Assembly: GCA_963575745.1 (NCBI GenBank)
Contig: CAUYUJ010000239.1
Location: forward strand, 1-64,000
DNA length: 64,000 nucleotides
Source: Prorocentrum cordatum
Taxonomy: Eukaryota
Reading direction: 5' to 3'
Part shown: positions 29,829 through 44,009 of the stretch, in pieces
How the letters are laid out: the number at the start of each line of letters is the position of its first letter
Position numbering within the stretch: position 1 is the first letter of the stretch
Program-made: the position numbers and the translations under genes
Notes under the pieces: generated by a model
What the model saw: the letters and a program-made list of their open reading frames with translations, nothing else
Database searches by the model: none
What the model was told of the DNA's origin: nothing

Positions 29829-29871
29829 CTCCGGCGCGGATTGCTAGTCTGTTCGTCCCCGCTCGTGCTCA

Positions 29872-31685
29872 ATGCGCGCCTCACGGTGCCTCCAACTTCT
29901 GGCATTCTGCATTCTTTGTTTCACATCGTGCTGGGCGGCACGTTCCTCTTCGGACTCCGACTCGGAGTCAGACGCGTCCGTGTTTGGAGACGGGGTGCCT
30001 GTGGCTTCTTCCGCATGCACTGTTGCCCGAACCTTCTCAGCAACCCCGTCGGACGCTAAGTTTTATCAGCGCTCCTGTGGCGAAGTCCCCGTCTCACAAC
30101 CTCTGTTCAGTTGTTTAGACCATATGCGATGGGTAAAGCTGGTGCAACTTTGGTGCGACATCCACGGGTTTCACGAATTTCCTTTCTGCTGCGTGCTACA
30201 AACCTGCAGCCGGCCCATGAATGCTCTTACCGCCCCATGCGGGCCACAGTCGGGTCCACGCCCTCGGGTGCGAGGCCGAGGCCACACTTTCGAGTCGCCA
30301 TCTGAGTTCGTGCGCCGAAGCACCAAAGGCCTTCTGGACATCAAGAATTACGGGTTCAACAATTATGCATCAGGCTTCGACTATACCAACATGTTCCTGG
30401 ACATCGTCACTGGCGCGGCGTCGTCTCACGCGCAAGTTCTGCTCAACATGTTCGTTTGTAAGGTATGGCTCAACCACGGGTCTTTTTTCGCCATGTTCTT
30501 GATAGCATACGCTTATGTGCAGACGCAACCGCGCCAGGTGAAACTTCCACGTTTGGTGGAGAGGTTCCGACAGCACCTTTCGTCTTACCTGTCGGCCCAG
30601 AGCCTTCGAGATGCGTCATTCGCCGCCGTGCTCACATCTGAGAACATGGATATACACATGATGCTCCAAGCCGCGGCTATTCGTTGGCTTCTCCACAGCC
30701 GCAAACAAGCAAGAACCGGGTACAATATAGGATCTTTTGCGAATGAGACTCCGCTGGCACATCCTCGTGTCCGGTACATCAAGCTGCGAACTCGACGCAG
30801 GAATGGTTGGAAGCATATCCAACGGCCGGTCCTCGACGGCGTTCACATCCCTCGCAAATTTGTCCTGGTTCTGCCTCGGTTGGAACGACTGCGACAATTG
30901 CTGCTTAGCAATACCCCATTTGAAATCGCATACGGAAGGCTGCCGCCGACGCGTCCCACACCCAGGACCCCCCACGCTGATGTTTCCGTGGTCCGCCCGC
31001 TCGCTATGGCGAGCATCCCAGAAGGCCCCGTGACCCCTTCCCCGACGCCCCTAAGAAAGCTACGCAATGCCAAGCACGGCTCCCTTTTTCATTAGACATG
31101 TTCTCCAAGCCGCCATCGCGGGGGCCTGCGCGAGCGGGCCGCGGATCCACGCTGCCATGCCAGGTAGGTCCGTTTGTGGCCATGCAGATTCTCAATGCGT
31201 TCCACCGGAATGCTTTGTCGTGCAAGCTCTCAGGCACGTCTATCATCACGCGGCTCTGCGAAAGGAGGCAGATATATCCTGGCCCTGGGACACGCGTCTT
31301 GCTAGGATTGCGCGGGTTCCCCAGCGGGCTCAAGGGCAAGAAGAAGAAGGCGCCATCCTCCCGCATGCAAAACACATTGGACCGGCGCGACGCATTAATG
31401 CGCGACGCCGCGTTCGCAGAAATGGCATCCCAGTGGGGGCCGACAGGCAAGCGGGCGGCCGAATTGCTCGGCATGGCTCACCTGCGTAGCTGCGGCTTTG
31501 CCGAAGAAAGCACGGTCTGCGAGATCGGGTCCAATTTATCTCGGTCGCGAAAGCGCGCCCGCGCCTCGCACTGGCCAGACGATATCCGCGATGGCTTCGT
31601 GCTGTCATTGCGCGCACTGTGTTTCGCAGAGCGTCGGGCTCTCTGGACGCGCTTGGCCCGGCGCAAGGTCGCCGAGGTCGTCTGA
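29872..31685 (+). pseudogene. Frameshift-split gene (29872-31095 plus 31098-31685) resembling the 5-hmdU DNA kinase helical domain / aGPT-Pplase1 family (HhH-GPD-related)
   Basis: N-part YGFNNYASGFDYTNMFL...VLLNMFVCKVWLN; C-part VGPFVAMQILN...YPGPGTRVLLGL...EESTVCEIG. The order matches my recollection of the family pattern Y-F-N..R..D / F..FN / GPF.AYQ / GPGA..GL / E..LCE. Recognised by eye only. Confidence 0.6.
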
Positions 31686-32910
31686 GCGCAGCCCCGTGCA
31701 CAGTTTTTTGCAGACCCGACAGACAGAATGACCCCGCAAACAAAAAAGCACGCGCCTGCCGTGCACGAGAGAAAGGAAGACGGAAAAGAGGGCGAGGAGG
31801 AGGAGGAGGACGACGAGGAGGAGGAGAAGGGCAGGCAGGAGCAAGAGCAAAGGAGAAGCAGCATTTGTAGGACAGCTTCCGGCGCAATCCACACCTTCGT
31901 GGACCATCGGACCAGACATGGCAACATGGCGCCGCTGATATGGAAATCGCTTCTCGGGAGCTTCCAGGCGAATCCGGAAAAGGAAAGGAAATGATACGAA
32001 GAAGAGGAGGAGGAGGACGACGAGGAGGAGGGGGGAGGAGGAGGGAACAGGCAGGAGCAAGAGCAAACGGGGGGGGGCAGCAGAAAGAGAACGCAGCATT
32101 TTTAGGACAGCTTCCGGCGCAATCAACACCCTCGTGGAACATCGGAACGAACATGGCGCCGATGACATGGACATCGGTTTCGGGGGCTTCCAGGGGAATC
32201 CTCCCCCCCCGATGCCAAACAAAAACAACCCTCTCCATTGAGGCGCGCCTGGCTGTTTACACGGCCATCTCAAATACGCTTGGCACGTGTGCCGCGCGAT
32301 TTTTTGGGCGCCCCATCTCGCGGGCAAAGGGGTACATAATCGTCAGTTGTTTTGTCCCGATTGGCATTGTCTGGGCGACTCCCAGGGCAGTAACCTACCT
32401 CCAGGACAGCCAGAGAAATTCCACGCCCAACGGCAAGGCAACTCTCGGGACAGCTTCCGGGGGATTTCACTAGCCAATCCCCCCCCCCCTCCATGGCAGC
32501 CGAACGACAACTTGGACCCGCCTTGGGACAGCGATTTCTGAGACAGCTTCCGGGCAGATTCGGCGGGCGCGCGTCTCCGGCTCGGGGCCCAAATTTATTT
32601 TCCTACCTGCGCGATTGCAGGCAGCCCGCCATTCGATTGTTTTCCACCGATTCTGCCTGCGCCTGATTGTGCACTCCCAATGATGCAACCCCAGCGCGGC
32701 AACGCACAAAATCGTTGTGGCTCCCCGTGCGCACACACTGCCACAGACATTATCCGGACAGCTTCCGTGCCAATAACAGTCGCCCCGCCGCCCGCGGACA
32801 ACCCCGAGCTCCCCGCAGCATCTGGCCCGCAGCTCCTCAAGCAGCTTTGCGCTCACCAACGTCCGACCGCCAACTCGGCAGCCCCCCCCCGCCGCGCGTC
32901 CCAGCTCGCC

Positions 32911-33749
32911 ATGGCCCGAAGGGCTCGAACGCGACTTACGAGTACGCCCCGGAGCAGACCGCAGCCACCACTGCGAAGGCGGCAGACGCGGGGAAGAACC
33001 GCGACTACGTGTCGCTCTACACGGAACACATCCACATCGAGCTCCTTGACATCAACAAGAAGAAAGCGAACGGGGTCCGCGTCACCATCGCCGACGGCGC
33101 GAGCTTGCGCTTCCGCGAGGAGCGCAAGACCCACGGCCTCACCACGCTGTGGAAGGACGCCGTCGCCGTCCACGACTTGGACGAGGCCCCCGCTGGCGTC
33201 CAGATCGCGCAGTGTGGCTTCACCAGGGCGCTCAGCAAGGGCAACCCGAATCCGAGCTGGGCCAACGTCCACGTGGCATTCGGCCAGTCCGCCCGCGCCA
33301 CAGCCAACGCGCAGAAGCACGTGCTGCAGACCACCGCAGACCTACTCCAGCACAGCTACATCGAAGCCGATTTCGTCGTGCCGCCGACGGGGAAACACAA
33401 CGGTTTCACAGTCTCCAGCGTCCGCGACCAGAACCGTGTCCAGCTCACTCGGTCCTTCAAGATGCTCGACGGCACCGACCGCACGGTCACGGAGTTGCAC
33501 AACTTCTGCGTCGTCGTCGCCAAGAACATCCCCGAGAAGATCCTCGCGCCGCTGCGCAGCCTGCAGAAGAAGTACCCGCAGTTCATCACGTGGACCACGT
33601 GTGACCCGAACACGGCCATGGTGGACACCGTCCCTTCTGCCCTGACCGCCAAGGCGCCGGCCGCCCCCACGTCCGGCAAGAAGCGCCCGGCGGCGGCCGC
33701 CGTCGGCGGTGCCGTCACGAAGAAGCCCGCCAAGAGGGCGAAGAACTGA
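32911..33749 (+). CDS. Intronless hypothetical protein (~280 aa) with basic C-terminal tail; start probably MAPK with a 1-nt indel
   Basis: Very strong G/C third-position bias and a globular-looking sequence; GCCATGGCCCGAAG would read M-A-P-K with one more C; tail KKRPAAAAVGGAVTKKPAKRAKN. Confidence 0.8.
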
Positions 33750-34317
33750 CGTGAGGTCTGCAGCACGCCGCTTCCACGCGCATCCGCTGGCCCCTGCTAG
33801 CCTTCCTTTTTCTCGGCACTCGTGCCGGTGCGATATTTGCCCGGCAACCACTCCCTCTACTCCCCCCCCGCCAGTAGGATCGCCTGCTCAGCGAGCCCGC
33901 ACCGCGCTCGCTTGCCAGCACCGTCGTGGCCACTTTTTGTGCGCCAGAGGACCGATAAATGACCCTCGCCGCAACCCTCACTCCTCATCTCTCGCATGCG
34001 CGTTCCCAGAGCATCCCCCCGGACACCTTCAGAGGCAATCACGGCGCCCTGAAACGACAGAGACGAAAAAGTGCAACACACATTGAAGGAGAAACTTAGG
34101 ACAGCTTCCGGGCTAATTCTTCCTGTCGTTAGTGATGGCACCCGCCCTTCTGCACCCTCGCACGCGCACGCCCACCCGCGCGCGCGCGCGCGCGCCCCCG
34201 TCGTCCTCGTGCCGGCGTGTCTTGCGATGTTCGTCCAGTTCTCGGCCCTGCGCACACTTCCTTGCACAGCCCAACGGCCGCCTTCGGCCCACGCCTCACT
34301 CCCACCATGCACTATAC

Positions 34318-34354
34318 CAAGACTTTCAAGCGAAGCGCAGCGAGCTTCAAGTCT

Positions 34355-34356
<2 letters not shown>
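34318..34356 (+). terminator. Candidate Helitron 3' terminal hairpin
   Basis: CAAGACTT-tcaagc-GAAGC-gcagcga-GCTTC-AAGTCTTG: a 13-bp bulged stem ending in CTTG just before (TA)n. Confidence 0.55.
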
Positions 34357-34403
<47 letters not shown>

Positions 34404-34503
34404 NNNNNNNNNNNNNNNNNNNNNNNNNNNNNNNNNNNNNNNNNNNNNNNNNNNNNNNNNNNNNNNNNNNNNNNNNNNNNNNNNNNNNNNNNNNNNNNNN
34501 NNN
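34404..34503. other. Assembly gap (100 N)
   Basis: Run of N; adjacency across it is not proven. Confidence 1.
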
Positions 34504-34537
34504 GTGCGTGTGTGCTGTGTGCGTGTGTGGGTGTGTG

Positions 34538-34570
<33 letters not shown>

Positions 34571-34586
34571 GCGCGGGCGCGTGCGC

Positions 34587-34646
<60 letters not shown>

Positions 34647-34689
34647 GCGCGCGTGCGCGTGTGCGTGTGCGTGTGCGTGTGCGTGTGCG

Positions 34690-34734
<45 letters not shown>

Positions 34735-34750
34735 GCGCGGGCGCGTGCGC

Positions 34751-34810
<60 letters not shown>

Positions 34811-34900
34811 GCGCGCGTGCGCGTGTGCGTGTGCGTGTGCGTGTGCGTGTGCGTGTGCGTGTGCGTGTGCGTGTGTGTGTGTGCGTGTGCGTGTGTGTGT
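34504..34900. repeat. (GCGT)n/(GT)n microsatellite
   Basis: Direct reading. Confidence 0.95.
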
Positions 34901-34964
34901 TTGTCTGTAATTCTTAATATCTATAAATATGAATGTAAATATAACAAATAAGAAAAACATCTAG

Positions 34965-37900
34965 CACCTCTCCCTGGGCGCTGGACGCGTCTCGGCCTCC
35001 AGCCGAAAAGCTCGAGCAGGGCACCATATTTGCGGTCTCTTCCGCGGGCCTCCCGCGGACCTTCCGCGGGGCTAACCGCCGGGGCAGGCGCGGGAACTCC
35101 CGCTGTCAAAGTCGGCTCAGCTTCGGCTGTCGCAGTGTTTCCTGCGACCATCCGTCTAGCTCCCGTCGTGGATCCCTTGAGAGCTCTCGGGACGATCTCG
35201 GCACTCGCTCTTGAGCGCCTCGACAACTTCTGCGCGGCCTCAGGGGTGCTCAAGTCCTGGAGGTTGATCCTGATCAGGGGTCTGCGCGCCGTGGCATATA
35301 CTCTCAACTGGTCGATATTATTGGCCCGTCTGTCAGACAGCACGCTGCCCTTCTCGAGCAACCTCGTGATCAAGTCGCTCTTGAGACCAGACACGCGCAG
35401 GCCGCTGGCTCTCCAGATCCGATTCAAGTCGACCGAGAAACGCGTTGAAAAAGCTTGCGCCTCGCTCCTCCGCCCAGTCGCGTTGAACGTGGCTCTGAGC
35501 CAAGTCCTGTCTTGACCTCCTTGTCGGGCGTACCCTGCTGGAAGTCGGCGCGCCCAGGTGCGGGGCGAACCGTTTCCTGGATCAGGTCCGTCGCGAGGTA
35601 GCTCTTGCCGCAGCATGCGCACACGAATCCTAGAACGAACACCGCAGCGATCACCACGAAGACTCTCGTCTTCAGGGTGATCCGGAACTCCTCTCTTCCC
35701 ACGTGGCGAAGCACAGGAGCGGGGCAAACCGCGGCCTGAGCTGGCTCCTCGGACACCGCCCCCTTCTCGCCTGACGGAGAAATCACGACTTCTGGTCTAG
35801 AACGGCGCAGCGCCTGAACATCTTCGACCACTCGCTGTACTCGGCGAAGATGCGCGCAATCATCTCGTCGGTATCCTCCTTCAGGAGTTCGAGCGCCTTG
35901 AGTCGCAACCGCTCCCGTACACGTAGGAACCTCAGCTCTAGGTGCCTGACCTTGCCCACGCCCTCTCGCGAACGCATGCCCCGCCCAGCGGCGCTGTAAC
36001 TATAGATCCTCTGGTTGCTGGGCCGTTGGGTCTCGATCAGGCACGTCTTGCACTGGAGCCCTCAGGCAGTCGCACTGCCTGTGGCATACATCTCGGAGCC
36101 CCCTGAGCTCAGGGCAATCATACCCTGCGTCACCGAGTAGCAGTCCCACGCACGATCCCCGTTGCGCACAGCTACTCCACTCGTGGATCGCCCCTGCAAC
36201 TCGCTCGCAGGTGCCCAGTCTGCATCTCCATCCACACAGATGCCTTCAGGAGTGCCCGGCAAAGGGTAGCATGAGATTAGCACGGGTTTGCCTTCGCAGT
36301 ACCTCCCAAGCCGCTGAAACCTCGCATGCATCAAGGACATCGGGGTTAGAGACGGGCTGCAGGCTGCATCGTGGCCCTGCTGGCGCACATCAAGTCGAGC
36401 CTGTCCAAAGAAAGGTAAAGCGCCGCGCCCGCCGCACCTGCAATTTCCCAAGCTGGGTCCCTGGAGAGAAAGTCCAAACTGTCTCATCGGCCTTGTCCTG
36501 TCGCTTTCGTTCCTGGAGTGGGAACTGCCTTGCACCCTCGCTGCTGCGCCCGTTGGATCATGCAATCCACGTGCTTCGGACCTGCTGTCCAGGAGAAGCC
36601 TAGATCCCCAGAGCCCGGTAGCTGGTCTGTGTAACTGGCAATCCTCTTGAGGTACTTCGTCTGCCCAGGTCATCCTGCACCCAGTCTGGCGATCGCTGTG
36701 ACCTCGAACTGCTGCTTCAGCATCTCGCCCAGCTCGTCTAGCTGCTCGTCATGGCCTTCGGCCAGGCAGTCGTCTCCGCGGCTGATCGCCGTGGAGTCCT
36801 CGTCGGAGGCAAAGACGTTGAGGTCGCTGGCGGGTAGAAGACTTTAGACGTCGCCATCAACGCCATCAAGCAACCCCAGTGAGCGTCGTCCACGGTGGCC
36901 CTTACCATCTCTCCCCACATCTGCGAGGCCTTCCTGGCGCCGTTCATTGCCCTGCGGAGCCACCAGCACCGTCCAGGAGGGCACAACTGGCGCCCAGGAT
37001 GCACGTAGATCACCTCGTCGAGGTCGGCCATGAAGAAAGCCGGCCTGACGCCCCAGACCTGGATCATCCGGTGGTGCTCGCCTGTGCAAGCATGGCTCGA
37101 CGCGGCACGGTTTCGCGTCGCTTCCACTATCATGAGCGGCGGCGTGCCTTGATGGTTGTCCTCGCGCACCTCGTGTTTGTTGATCTCTGTCGCCACGAAC
37201 CTCCACCTGACCCTCCCCTGTCCATGTGGGCGATGGTGAAGCCTCCGATATGATTGCCATCGGTCGCTGTCGGCGTCGCAACCTCCACGTAGACGCCGTA
37301 GTCCTTCATGGCTTGCAGCTCGTCATCGCGACCTTCCTGGTACATATCCTCGTCCAAGGGCTCTCCAACGCAGTAACCGTAATGCATCGCACTTGGGCTC
37401 CATTGGTCGTGTTCGTGCAACTCGGCGCTGACATCAACCAGCTGCTCAATATGCTCGTCGTCTGGATCGCCGAAGTAACTCCTTACCGTGCCGATGTTGC
37501 TCATCAGGCAGCGCCTGCATGCAAACTCACACCGGTGGCATTCTCTCATCTGGCATCTTGACACACGCTTCTCGCCCCATCCAGGAGATCCTGGAGCTTC
37601 GCTTCGGGCATGGATCCCACGTTGGGTCGAAGCTCGCGTCGTAGCCTTCCTCACAGACTGCTAGCTCGCAGACAGAGAGCATGCCGATGGATGCTACTCT
37701 CGGCTTCTTGACCTCCAGCTCTGGCCTCTCCTCTCCAATGGCAGCTCGCTGGAAGTCGCCCCTTATATGTTCGGGCTCCGTCTGCATGGCAATCTCTGCC
37801 TCTTCTGAGACAGAAGGCATGGCCAAGGCAGCCACAGCAGGGGCGGCAGGCCCCGCGACCTCACTGCTGCTCGATGCCGCTGCTGGTCCAGCTGCTAGCC

Positions 37901-37980
37901 CAGGCGCGGGGGCTCCCGCAGCCAGGGCTGGCACCACAACCGTGGCCTCAGGGGCCTCAGGATCCCTTCTCCCTCTCCAA
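34965..37980 (-). mobile_element. Ty1/Copia-type pol remnant, copy 1 (RT, RNase H, C-terminal extension with SAP motif)
   Basis: ELQAMKDYGVYVEV; VRPAFFMADLDEVIYVHP...CWWLRRAMNGARKASQMW; RGDD at the catalytic site; RNase H DADWA...RSTSG...QGMIALSSGGSEMYA...GKVRHLELRFL. Multiple frameshifts; no LTR seen. Confidence 0.9.
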
Positions 37981-37982
37981 CC

Positions 37983-42640
<4,658 letters not shown>

Positions 42641-44009
42641 CGTCACTCTGATGTGGGGCCTCTCAGGCCGTCCTGGGGCGGTTTGGGGAGACTCTTGGGC
42701 CACCTTGGACACCGTGAAGACCAAAGAAGCTAATATGCTAAAACGCAAGTTTTCATAAGGGAATGGGGCGATGTTTGCCTCTCGGGGGTCCCCTTTGGGG
42801 GCCTCTTGGAGCGTCTTGGGGGCCTCGTGGGCTGTCTTGAAGCCACGTTGGGCCTTCTTGGGCCGTCTTCGGGCCCTCTTGGACCTCTCCGACGCCATCT
42901 TGGGCGTCTTTGGGGTTGTCTTGGGCCGTCGCAGGGGGCCTCTGAAGCGCTCTTGGGGCTGACTTGGGCCGTCTTGGGCCGAAAATGGTCGCAATTCGGG
43001 CGATTGGATCTGGGGCTCCGACTGCTTACCCCCCCGCCCACCACCTCTCCCGACTGACGGATCGCGACGCTAAGCGCGCTTTCCGACATCTGGGGCCGCG
43101 GCTGCCAACTCCCCCGCCCCCCCTTGTTATTTCCCCCGACTAGCAAATCGCGACGCTACGCGCGCTTTCCGTCATCCGCCGCCCCCTGTTGGTTTGCCAC
43201 AGGGGTGCACGGCGCGCCAGACGTTAGGTAGTTTTTGGTTTGTTCAAAGGTTCCCAGTGAGCCTTCGGCCCCACCCGCTGGCCACCCTGAAAGCCGCCGA
43301 AAACGTCCAGAACGTTTTTGTTTTCCCCTCCAAGTCGGCTCCAAGATAGCCTCCAAGAAGGCTTTAGACGGCCGCAAGAGCCCAAAATGGCCAGAATATG
43401 TTTCCACGACGGCCCAAGATGCACCCAAGACGGCCCAAGATGGCCTCAAGATGGTCCAAGATGGCCCAAGAGGCTCCCAGGACAGCCCGAGAGGCCCCCA
43501 AGATCGCCCCCAGATCGCACAAGAGGCCTCCAAGATGACCCCATGAGAACCCAAAAGGTCCCCAAGACGGCCCCAAGAGGGCCCCAAGACGGCACAAGAG
43601 GGCCCCAAGCCGCTCAAGATGGCTTCCAACACGGCCCTGAAGCGCCTGGATTGAGCCCAAAGTCAGCCCAGAGAGGCCCGCAAGACAATGTCCGACGGCG
43701 TCAGACGGGCCAGGAATGCCCCAGGACGGCAAAAAATGCCTCCGGAAAGCTCCCAGGCCCTGAGGAGGCTCAAGAAAATCCCGAAGAGGACTCCAAGAGG
43801 CCCCCACGAGGCTCCCAGGACGCCCCAAGAGGCTCCCAAGACACCGCCTCCTCCTCCTCCTCCTCCTCCTCCTCCTCCTCCTCCTCCTCCTCCTCCTCCT
43901 CCTCCTCCTCCTCCTCCTCCTCCTCCTCCTCATCCTCATCCTCATCCTCCTCCTCCTCCTCCTCCTCCATTTCTTTGTGAATAACCTCTCCGTGTCGCAT
44001 CCCGAGGCC

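Larger units (their letters stand above)
21823..34356 (+). mobile_element. Putative ~12.5-kb Helitron with cargo genes
   Basis: Rep/Pif1 gene inside. Candidate 5' end TCCTATCTTAATAA at 21823 (or TC at 21828 after an A). Candidate 3' end is a hairpin finishing CTTG at 34356, followed by T and (TA)n. All internal genes are on the + strand. The termini are inferred. Confidence 0.6.

Noticed and set aside
32812..32856. Possible SL relic upstream of the 32911 gene
   Set aside because: CCGCAGCATCTGGCCCGCAG is too degenerate to distinguish from chance.
27978..34111. CRISPR array interpretation of the GGACAGCTTCCGG copies
   Set aside because: Repeat too short, spacing irregular (93-2238 bp), no cas genes, eukaryotic context.
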